DNA of 20,000 nucleotides, taken from IMG/VR virus record IMGVR_UViG_3300024935_000002. One strand, given 5' to 3'. Position 1 is the first letter of the stretch; every line of letters begins with the position of its first letter. This DNA comes from an uncultured virus (IMG/VR IMGVR_UViG_3300024935_000002) (Duplodnaviria; Heunggongvirae; Uroviricota; Caudoviricetes). The position numbers and the translations under genes are program-made. Below the pieces are notes generated by a model. It made no database searches, had not been told where the DNA came from, and saw only the letters and a program-made list of their open reading frames with translations. Positions 8,644-15,259 of this stretch are shown piece by piece.

Positions 8644-8837
8644 GACCACACCCCCATGTGCGCGTTGTGCTGGACCTGATCGACCAGCGCGCGGTGGTAG
8701 CGGGGATCGCTGGCCTCCAGTGCCGCCACATCGGCCCAGGCCTTGCTGCGCAGGCGCTGCAGCTCCTGCTCGGAAATCGGCGGCGGTGCGCCAGGGATGC
8801 GCAGCAGCGGCTGCACAGTGGTGTGTACGTTTTGCAT
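8640..8837 (-). CDS. Hypothetical protein, 65 aa
   Basis: AGGAGG RBS before ATG 8837. Confidence 0.7.
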   Translation of the reverse strand: MQNVHTTVQPLLRIPGAPPPISEQELQRLRSKAWADVAALEASDPRYHRALVDQVQHNAHMGVWS

Positions 8838-8853
8838 TGCGCCTCCTGGGCGT

Positions 8854-8877
8854 AAAAAAGCCCGCGTGGTGCGGGCT
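8854..8877 (-). terminator. Intrinsic terminator (tL-like)
   Basis: Minus strand AGCCCGC-ACCAC-GCGGGCT running into a T6 tract. Confidence 0.8.
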
Positions 8878-8883
8878 GGGGAG

Positions 8884-8957
8884 AAAAAACCGCTGCCCTT
8901 GCGGGGCCTGCCGGGGGAACACAAAGGAGGGAGGGAGGAGACACCCCCGGCGCGGTT
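8884..8957 (-). ncRNA. Candidate structured RNA with CU-rich anti-SD loop
   Basis: AACCGC/GCGGTT closing stem plus U tract; inner GCCGGGGG/CCCCCGGC stem with loop containing CUCCUCCCUCCCUCCUUU; GCAA tetraloop hairpin. Confidence 0.5.
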
Positions 8958-9014
8958 GGAAAGGTTCGGGACGTGTCCCACCAATGCCCCGCACGCGAGG
9001 CATGGATGGTTGTG

Positions 9015-9125
9015 TCAGGTGCGGCGGCGGCGCTCCACCCACCGGCCAAGGCGATAGGCCGCGTAGAAGATCGCAGCCGTCCAGGCGGCCAGCCCACCGC
9101 CTATCAGCGTGGTGATGAGCGCCAT
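9015..9125 (-). CDS. 36-aa single-TM peptide with basic tail
   Basis: Not in the ORF track; ATG 3 nt after the lipoprotein stop: MALITTLIGGGLAAWTAAIFYAAYRLGRWVERRRRT. Confidence 0.6.
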   Translation of the reverse strand: MALITTLIGGGLAAWTAAIFYAAYRLGRWVERRRRT

Positions 9126-9128
9126 TGG

Positions 9129-9548
9129 CTACTTGCCGATGCGGGGGACGGGGAAGGGCGCTTGCGAATTGCAGGTTCCGTTTTGCTTCGCAAGGTTGGT
9201 GTTCTTGTCGAAGTCTTCCTTGCGGTAGCAGCCCACGCTTTGCGAGAACGTGGAGCACATCAGCACCGTCTTGTCCACCTGCTTGCCTTCGACACGCATG
9301 ATGGACAGCTCTGCCCAGCCGTCGCCCTGGGGGCAGTTGGGCGATTGCATGTCGTCGCTGCGGCTCACGATGGTGAAGTCCGAGGTGAAACGCGGGTTCT
9401 GCGCCTTGTAGAGCGCCGCGTTGAACTCGGCATTGGCCTTGGCCGTCTGCCGGGCTTCTTCCAGCCGGTCGAACGGCACTTCTTTGTCGCCGCACGCGGC
9501 CATGGCCATGGCTGCGACAGCTGCCAAGGCGATCAGGGAGGTCTTCAT
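9129..9548 (-). CDS. Lipoprotein, 139 aa
   Basis: AAGGA RBS; MKTSLIALAAVAAMAMAA|CGD lipobox-type signal; four further Cys residues. Confidence 0.85.
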   Translation of the reverse strand: MKTSLIALAAVAAMAMAACGDKEVPFDRLEEARQTAKANAEFNAALYKAQNPRFTSDFTIVSRSDDMQSPNCPQGDGWAELSIMRVEGKQVDKTVLMCSTFSQSVGCYRKEDFDKNTNLAKQNGTCNSQAPFPVPRIGK

Positions 9549-9559
9549 ATGGTTCCTTG

Positions 9560-10091
9560 TCAAACGCCGCTGGGGCAGGCGGCAACAAACCCCGCGCATG
9601 ACCTGCCCGCAGGGCATGCACTGGTTCTGTTGTCAAAGGGAGGAATGGGTGGGCTACTCGCCGGGGGATTCACGCACCGTCCAAAGTTTGTGAAGTGGCT
9701 TTTGCCCGTATGGATTGATGGCGGCGCCATCACGACGGTGGGCTGGTGCTCTCTTTCCGCTTGATCCTGCGGCGAGTCACATTGCTCCAATCCACCTGCG
9801 TGATGGCCCTCTTGCGAGGGCATCCCGGCATCTGGTAGCCGTGTCGCTGCATCAACATGCAGCACCGTTTCCGTGGTGTCAGCCCCTTGCGGGGTTCCCA
9901 TCCCGTTTACCGCGCTTCGGCGGACTGGGAACCGCCTCGGATCTCGGCGGCGCATAGCTTCGGCCCATGCCCGAAGGTGCTCTTTCGCCGGACGAAGGCC
10001 CCGCAGGTGGGGCCAGCAACATCGGCGTGCATTTTTTGAAAGAGCCTCCGGTGTGCGCCGATCCACCCACCTGAGCCGTTGTTGACGGCGT
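9560..10091 (-). ncRNA. Long, densely structured PL leader (candidate cis-regulatory/antitermination RNA)
   Basis: About 540 nt with no credible ORF and RBS, more than ten hairpins including two GCAA tetraloops. Confidence 0.5.
10031..10045 (-). promoter_or_regulatory. boxA-like antitermination element (nutL)
   Basis: GCTCTTTCAAAAAAT about 45 nt after the PL start; close to boxA consensus GCTCTTTAACAA. Confidence 0.65.
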
Positions 10092-10097
10092 AGGCGA

Positions 10098-10126
10098 AAT
10101 ATAACAAGTGTTGATTGTGCGGTCAA
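10098..10126 (-). promoter_or_regulatory. PL sigma70 promoter
   Basis: Minus strand TTGACC-N17-TATATT, overlapped by two operators. Confidence 0.85.
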
Positions 10127-10147
10127 CAAGTGTTTTTAACATTCGTT
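10103..10147. promoter_or_regulatory. OL operators (3 sites)
   Basis: AACAAGTGTT at 10103 and 10125, AACATTCGTT at 10138; the same palindrome occurs at OR. Confidence 0.85.
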
Positions 10148-10187
10148 GATTTCATTGAATTTCGGGAAACTATCGGCTCAGACGGGC

Positions 10188-10213
10188 AACAAAAAACCGC
10201 CTCACGGGCGGTT
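10188..10213 (-). terminator. Terminator of the cI-HNH transcript
   Basis: Minus strand AACCGCC-5nt-GGCGGTT followed by TTTTGTT. Confidence 0.8.
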
Positions 10214-10247
10214 GTGTTGTGGCAACGAGTTGTGGGCCTCTGGGCGC

Positions 10248-10541
10248 CTATCGGCGGTCTTTTCGGCACTCTCTCACATCTACCAAGGTCTTAAAGCGGT
10301 GGTCCTCTCTCGTGATCCACTGCATGTTGTTGGGCCTGTCAGCACCTCCAGCACATAGCGCAATCACATGATCCACATGCCACCCCGGACAGGCGCCGCG
10401 CGTGCGGCCAGTGGCTGGGCACGGGTGCTCGGCGCGGAACGCGCGCACCTGGGAACGGTCGCGCTCTGTTCTTGCGCCAGCCATCTGTGGCCATGCGCAA
10501 AGCACAGCGAACAGCATGAGTGTCGGTTTTGCCAGGCTCAA
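10248..10541 (-). CDS. Small HNH-type nuclease with predicted Sec signal peptide
   Basis: TTG start overlapping the cI stop (alternative ATG 10517); MSLAKPTLMLFAVLCAWPQMAGA| then CPATG...CPGWHVDHVIALCAGGADRPNNMQWITREDHRFKT. Confidence 0.75.
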   Translation of the reverse strand: MSLAKPTLMLFAVLCAWPQMAGARTERDRSQVRAFRAEHPCPATGRTRGACPGWHVDHVIALCAGGADRPNNMQWITREDHRFKTLVDVRECRKDRR

Positions 10542-11296
10542 TACTGTTCGCTGCGCCACACCGTCAGTACCTTGCCCAAAATCTCGAAATGCGGATTCTT
10601 GGGTGACATAGGGTAAGGGGGGTAGTCCGGGTTCTTGGAAATGATATTCAGCATCACGCCGTCCCCATGAGGGTCTGGCACACGCTGGATCATTTTGATA
10701 AACCCTTCGTCACCGACGCGGAAGAAATATACGCCCTCGTGGGTCACGGTCTTCACGCCAATGTCCACCAGCAGCGGGTCGCCGGGGTTGAACATGGGCC
10801 GCATGGATGGCCCAAAGCCAGTAACGATGCAGAGGTTGCGAACGCCAGTATGGGATGGAACATTCAGGCGCAGCCAATCGTGAGACACGCGCCAACTCTT
10901 GATGATGCCTGGCTGGTCGTCCAGCATCAGGCGCCCGGTGGTGTCCATGCCGCCACCCGTATCGTACTCGGCGATGACCAAATCAGGAGGGGCGCCCGGT
11001 GCTCCAGACGGAGCCTCGTGAGGTGCTGGTGCTGGAGCAAGGATGTTGGTGGCCACTCCTTGTGAATCCAGCGCGGCAGCGGGGATCATGCTGCCCAACT
11101 CTGAGCGCAGCCATTCATGGCTGATCTTGTCCGCAGGGAAGCCGCGAATCAGATCCTCCTTGTAGTTTGTCCTGTCACTGCCGCGCGTAGTTATCGCGCT
11201 GATCGTCGGCATAGCAACGGAGGTGCGGCCCGCAAGGTCAGAAGGGCCCCAACCCAAGTGTTTTAAGGCTGCATCCAGCCGCTCTCCGAATTTCAT
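10538..11296 (-). CDS. cI: Phage repressor (HTH plus S24 peptidase)
   Basis: N-terminal HTH (FGERL...SDLA...PTISAI); S24 motifs GPSMRPMF.PGD.LLVD and FIKMIQR; divergent from cro. Confidence 0.93.
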   Translation of the reverse strand: MKFGERLDAALKHLGWGPSDLAGRTSVAMPTISAITTRGSDRTNYKEDLIRGFPADKISHEWLRSELGSMIPAAALDSQGVATNILAPAPAPHEAPSGAPGAPPDLVIAEYDTGGGMDTTGRLMLDDQPGIIKSWRVSHDWLRLNVPSHTGVRNLCIVTGFGPSMRPMFNPGDPLLVDIGVKTVTHEGVYFFRVGDEGFIKMIQRVPDPHGDGVMLNIISKNPDYPPYPMSPKNPHFEILGKVLTVWRSEQY

Positions 11297-11309
11297 TGCT
11301 CTAGCCTAA

Positions 11310-11386
11310 AACAAATGTTGAAAACAAGGGTTGATGCCTAAATCAACAAGTGTTATTCTCAAGGGATGAGTAACACAACACCTGTT
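11310..11386. promoter_or_regulatory. OR operators (3 intergenic sites plus 1 inside cro)
   Basis: AACAAATGTT 11310, AACAAGGGTT 11323, AACAAGTGTT 11345, AACACCTGTT 11377. Confidence 0.85.
11331..11359 (+). promoter_or_regulatory. PR sigma70 promoter
   Basis: TTGATG-N17-TATTCT; the predicted start coincides with the cro ATG. Confidence 0.75.
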
Positions 11387-11638
11387 GATGCATTGATCGA
11401 AGCGGTGAAGCTCGCTGGCGGTCAATCTGCGCTGGCCGAAAAGCTGTCAGCACTGGCGCCCAGCCCGGTTTCCCAGGCTCGGGTTTGGAACTGGGTCAAC
11501 CGCGATCAGCGAGCGCCAGCAGAAATGTGCCCGTTCATTGAGCGCCTGACCGGAGTTCAGTGCGAGCGCTTGCACCCTGATGTCGATTGGGCGTACTTGC
11601 GCAACGGAGCCGCCACACAAGCGAAGGAGGCCGCGTAA
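11366..11638 (+). CDS. cro: Cro/YdaS-family HTH regulator
   Basis: AGGQSALAEKL...SQARVWNWVNR...PAEMCPFIERLTGV..E.LHPDVDW. Confidence 0.9.
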   Translation: MSNTTPVDALIEAVKLAGGQSALAEKLSALAPSPVSQARVWNWVNRDQRAPAEMCPFIERLTGVQCERLHPDVDWAYLRNGAATQAKEAA

Positions 11639-12055
11639 ATGGCCGACTCCTTGAACCGCCAAGAGCAGGACATTGCGGACCAGATCCGCGCACTGCTGGC
11701 CCAGCTCCCCCCCGATGGCGTGACTCGCGTTCTCGCGGACGTTGAGGAACACCTCGACGCCGAAGCCCAAGATGGGCCAGTGTTTGCCCGTGGACGCCCC
11801 CACGGCCCCATGGGCAAGCTGGACACCCCCATCAAGACCTGGCTGGACGAAGGCACCGCAGAGCTGTTCTCCCGCAAGGCGGCCATGCGCCACCAGGAGG
11901 CCTCCGCAGCGCTGCGCGACTGCGCCTACGCATGGGTGCATGGCAAAACCTACACGTTGATGGCGGCTGAAAAAGCATTGCATGACGCTGATGCTATGGA
12001 CATTCGTGAGCAGATGGCAGTGCCATTTGCGGGCCGCGAAATCGGAGGGCGCTGA
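11639..12055 (+). CDS. Hypothetical regulator in the CII position (possible RHH)
   Basis: AAGGAGG RBS; KLDTPIKTWLDE followed by two helices. Confidence 0.7.
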   Translation: MADSLNRQEQDIADQIRALLAQLPPDGVTRVLADVEEHLDAEAQDGPVFARGRPHGPMGKLDTPIKTWLDEGTAELFSRKAAMRHQEASAALRDCAYAWVHGKTYTLMAAEKALHDADAMDIREQMAVPFAGREIGGR

Positions 12056-12246
12056 TGAGCCTCTGGAACCGCGCAAAGCCCTTGAATCAACCGCCCGGCT
12101 TTCGCCGCGTAGGGCACACCAACACACATTCCGCGCTGGCTGACACGCCGGAGCACCACGCGGCGCGTGCTCTGCAGGCTGCACAGCACGGGCGCGAGCT
12201 GGCTGTGAGCCGCCAGGGCGGACGCCGCGCCGTGGTGCGGGGGTAG
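12055..12246 (+). CDS. Hypothetical protein, 63 aa
   Basis: GGAGG RBS; TGATG overlap. Confidence 0.6.
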   Translation: MSLWNRAKPLNQPPGFRRVGHTNTHSALADTPEHHAARALQAAQHGRELAVSRQGGRRAVVRG

Positions 12247-12252
12247 GGACTG

Positions 12253-13308
12253 ATGAGCCTTTTGTTCAGCAAAGACGAAATCCTGCTGGTGAACCGCAAG
12301 CTCGCGGCCCTCATCGGCTTGAATGAGGCCATCGTGCTCCAGCAGATCCACTACTGGATCAAGAAGAAGGGTGGCGGGGTTGAGCACGCCGGTAGCCGCT
12401 GGGTTTTCAACTCCCTGGAGCGCTGGCACGAGCAGTTCCCATTTTGGTCGCAAGACACGATCAAGCGCACGCTTGCCGCCCTCAAATCCAAGGGGCTGGT
12501 GAAGGTCGAAAAGCTGTCCGAAGTCGGCCGCGACCGGACCAACTACTACACCATCGACTACGCGCAAATTGCACTGATGGAAGCGGGCAATTTGCACCAA
12601 TGCATCGGTGCAAATTGCACCAATGGAACAGGGCAATCTGCACCGATGGAACAGGGCAAGTTGCACCAATCGATCAGTGCAAATTGCACCGATGACTGTA
12701 TAGATACAAAGACTACTACAAAGACTACTACAAAGAATATTACGACCAAGGCTGACGCCGTGGTCGAGCCGATGCGGGTGACGGACAAGAAGGGTGTCGT
12801 CCATGAAATCCCTGCCGATCTGCGCTACCCCGGCAGCAAGACCAAAACCCACGACGCATGGTGCGCCTACGCCATCGCGTACCACACCCGCTACGGCGCA
12901 TGGCCCGTGTGGAATGCCACCGTGGCCGGTCAGGTGAGCCAGTTCATCGACCGCGTGGGCGTCGAGCGCGCCCCCCGCGTGGCTTACCACTACGTCGCCA
13001 AGGTGCAGGAGCCTTTCGTGGTCAAGCAGATGCACCCCGTAAAGCTGCTGCTGTCGGACGCAGAGAAGTGGGCAACCCAGTGCCAAACCGGCACCGCTGG
13101 TGGGCCCCCAGCGCCTGACGCACCCACCGAAACCTTTGCCCAGCGCGCTGCCCGCCAGCGCATGGAGGAAGTCGCCCCGGGCGTTGCCCGCAAGGCCCCC
13201 GGCGCAGAGAGCGGCTTTGAGGCTGCCCAGCGCTTCATGGCTGGAGGGCCGGTCATCGACGTTCAGGCGCGCGAGGCCGCGCCGCGCATTGAAGGAGCAG
13301 CAGCATGA
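12253..13308 (+). CDS. Replication initiator (lambda O analogue)
   Basis: N-terminal wHTH LA..IGLNEAIVLQQIHYW...WVFNS..W..QFPFWS..TIKR; internal iterons. Confidence 0.88.
   Translation: MSLLFSKDEILLVNRKLAALIGLNEAIVLQQIHYWIKKKGGGVEHAGSRWVFNSLERWHEQFPFWSQDTIKRTLAALKSKGLVKVEKLSEVGRDRTNYYTIDYAQIALMEAGNLHQCIGANCTNGTGQSAPMEQGKLHQSISANCTDDCIDTKTTTKTTTKNITTKADAVVEPMRVTDKKGVVHEIPADLRYPGSKTKTHDAWCAYAIAYHTRYGAWPVWNATVAGQVSQFIDRVGVERAPRVAYHYVAKVQEPFVVKQMHPVKLLLSDAEKWATQCQTGTAGGPPAPDAPTETFAQRAARQRMEEVAPGVARKAPGAESGFEAAQRFMAGGPVIDVQAREAAPRIEGAAA
12564..12694 (+). repeat. Origin iterons, six copies at 23-bp period
   Basis: GCAAnYTGCACYRAT starting at 12564, 12587, 12610, 12633, 12656 and 12679. Confidence 0.9.
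12705..12740 (+). repeat. AT-rich 12-bp triple repeat, probable unwinding element
   Basis: TACAAAGACTAC twice plus TACAAAGAATAT, adjacent to the iterons. Confidence 0.75.
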
Positions 13309-13775
13309 CAAGCCCTGAATTCATGGTCGTCATCGACGCCATTTTCGACAAGCTCACTGTGCGCTATGGCCACGAGTGGCTGCGCCAGTGGGATGGCATG
13401 GACATGGCATTCGTCAAAGCCGACTGGGCCGAGGAACTGAGCGGCTACGCCAACAACCTGGAGCCGCTTCGGTACGCCCTGCGCCACCTGCCGGAGCGCT
13501 GCCCTACGAACGTGGGCCAGCTCAAGAAGATCGCCAACCTGTGCCCACCGCCCGTGTTCAAGGCGCTGCCCGCGCCCAAGGCGGATGAGGCGGTGGTGTC
13601 GGCGCAGGTGGCAAAGCAACTGGAACTCAAGCAGGCGCTGGCGCCCAAGGCCGACGAGAAGGGCTGGGCCCGCACCATCGTTCAGCGCGCCGAGGCCGGA
13701 GACAAGATCCTGCCGTTCACGCTGCAGAGCGCACGCCAGGCCCTGGGCCTGGAAGGGCGGGCAGCATGGCAGTGA
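13305..13775 (+). CDS. Probable lambda P-like helicase loader
   Basis: ATGA overlap with the initiator; IF..L..RYG..W...W...W..EL...P pattern; position. Confidence 0.6.
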   Translation: MTSPEFMVVIDAIFDKLTVRYGHEWLRQWDGMDMAFVKADWAEELSGYANNLEPLRYALRHLPERCPTNVGQLKKIANLCPPPVFKALPAPKADEAVVSAQVAKQLELKQALAPKADEKGWARTIVQRAEAGDKILPFTLQSARQALGLEGRAAWQ

Positions 13776-14095
13776 GCAATTTCATGCAGGAGGCCAACGC
13801 CATCGCTGCCACGCTGCGCGGTAAGGCCCCGTTGCGAGGCAAGGCCAAGCCACCGGGCCGTCGTGCGCCGGACGGCCAGCCAACGCCTCGCAACCTGGAT
13901 GTGCTGGCATACGCACGCGAATTCTTCGCTGAGAACGATCAGTTGCCGACCATCAAGTGCATCCGTGAGCACTTCGGCTGGGTGTCGGACGGTGCGGCCG
14001 ACTTCCACGTGCAGGCGCTGATCCGCCACGGCAAGCTGGAGCGCAACGTGCTGGGCAAGTTGCGCTTCGCCCGCGAGAAGGGCGGTGCACAGTGA
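13772..14095 (+). CDS. Stand-alone LexA-type winged-helix DNA-binding protein
   Basis: TPRNLDVLAY...LPTIKCIREHFGWVSDGAADFHVQALIRHGKLER aligns by eye with the LexA N-domain; no peptidase domain. Confidence 0.7.
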   Translation: MSNFMQEANAIAATLRGKAPLRGKAKPPGRRAPDGQPTPRNLDVLAYAREFFAENDQLPTIKCIREHFGWVSDGAADFHVQALIRHGKLERNVLGKLRFAREKGGAQ

Positions 14096-14628
14096 GAACC
14101 ATTGAAGAGATCAAGGGCCGCTGCGTCATCACTGAGGACGGGCACTGGCTGTGGCGCGGCGCTCTGCGCCATGACGGCCGCCCCAATATCTACGCGCCGG
14201 ACTACACCCGCGCCGATGGAGGAATGCGGACCCAGTGCGGCATGCGCGCGGTATGGCATTGCCTCAACGAGCAGGCCGTGCCGGAGGGCTATCGCGTGTT
14301 TGGTACCTGCGATGAGCTTGCCTGCTGCAACCCGGCACACATCAAGTGCACAAAGGTGGCCGACTATGGCGCCTGGCTGCAGCGCACAGGTAAGTTGAAG
14401 GGGCAGACAAATCGCATCCTTGCGAATCGGGCGATAGGGCGCCAGCGGGCTCTCCTGAACCCGGAGCAGATCCTGTACGTGCAGACGAGCAAGAAGACCG
14501 GCGTTGAGCTGGCCGAGGAACTGGGGGTGAGCACTTCGGTGTTGAGCAAGTATCGCCGGGGTGAATCCATCGCGGTGCGTGCGGACAACGGGCTGTTTTC
14601 TGCCCTGATCGCAGGAGGCCGCCCATGA
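14092..14628 (+). CDS. Degenerate HNH (HNH_3-like) protein with C-terminal HTH
   Basis: HWLWRGA...TCDELACCNPAHI; C-terminal GVELAEELGVSTSVLSKYRRG. Confidence 0.7.
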   Translation: MRTIEEIKGRCVITEDGHWLWRGALRHDGRPNIYAPDYTRADGGMRTQCGMRAVWHCLNEQAVPEGYRVFGTCDELACCNPAHIKCTKVADYGAWLQRTGKLKGQTNRILANRAIGRQRALLNPEQILYVQTSKKTGVELAEELGVSTSVLSKYRRGESIAVRADNGLFSALIAGGRP

Positions 14629-15053
14629 GCCTGATTCTTGGCATGGACCCCGGCGCCAGCACGGGCGTGGCGCATTTTGTGGACGGCCAGCTCGTGCACC
14701 TGGACACCATCAAGCCAGTGGAGATCGAGCGCACGATCCGCGAAATGATGCCTGCGCGCGTGGTCTTTGAGGACTCGCGCCTGGAGACTCGCACCTGGAA
14801 CGCGCGCACCAAGGGTGCCTACGGCGCAGCGCTGGCCACCGCGCGCAGCCTGGGGCAGGTCGATGCATGGTGCCGCCTCATTACGGAGGTGTGCAGTGAG
14901 CTGGGTGTGCCGGCGCACGGCATCAGCCCAACGGCCAAGGGCCCGAAGCGCGGGGCCGAGAACTTCGCCGTCTACACGGGCTGGACGCACAGCAGCAACC
15001 AGCATGAGCGCGATGCGGCCATGGTGGCGTGGCCATACAGGAGCGCCCGGTGA
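14625..15053 (+). CDS. RuvC-like (RNase H fold) resolvase/nuclease
   Basis: ILGMDPGASTGVA, VVFED and HERDAA acidic motifs. Confidence 0.8.
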   Translation: MSLILGMDPGASTGVAHFVDGQLVHLDTIKPVEIERTIREMMPARVVFEDSRLETRTWNARTKGAYGAALATARSLGQVDAWCRLITEVCSELGVPAHGISPTAKGPKRGAENFAVYTGWTHSSNQHERDAAMVAWPYRSAR

Positions 15054-15259
15054 AGTGCGCTTTCTGCAATCGCCCCATGCTGGCCGCCGCTGTGTTTGTC
15101 GGCGCTCTGCCCATTGGGCCCACCTGCGCGCGCAAGGCTGGCTTGCTGGAGCTGGCGCGCAAGAAGTCGGGCGTGCTGCGCCTGGGGCGTCCGAGCGCGG
15201 GCCTTCGCCGCCCGGACCCGCAGACCCTGGATCTGTTCGCGGAGGTCGGTCATGAATGA
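15050..15259 (+). CDS. Small zinc-finger protein
   Basis: GTGA overlap; MKCAFCNRPM...IGPTCARK. Confidence 0.7.
   Translation: MKCAFCNRPMLAAAVFVGALPIGPTCARKAGLLELARKKSGVLRLGRPSAGLRRPDPQTLDLFAEVGHE

Noticed and set aside
9557..9637. Two TTTGACAA copies on the minus strand as promoters
   Set aside because: Perfect -35 hexamers, but no -10 at 16-18 bp.
14..9764. Long plus-strand ORFs (e.g. 505-1551, 1928-3412, 4244-5149)
   Set aside because: Antisense shadows of well-supported minus-strand genes in GC-rich DNA.
8884..10091. tRNA genes among the hairpins
   Set aside because: No cloverleaf with a TTC T-loop and acceptor stem was found by eye.
9560..10142. ORFs in the PL leader (9560-10129, 9879-10142, 9907-10107) as an N gene
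   Set aside because: They start within or upstream of the promoter, lack RBSs and look non-protein-like. A tiny peptide cannot be fully excluded.
12564..12694. 23-bp periodic repeats as a CRISPR array
   Set aside because: Spacers are only about 7 bp, the repeats lie inside the initiator gene and there are no cas genes; they are iterons.
12696..12711. CTGTATAGATACAAAG as an SOS box
   Set aside because: Lacks the essential CAG half-site and is explained by the origin AT-rich region.
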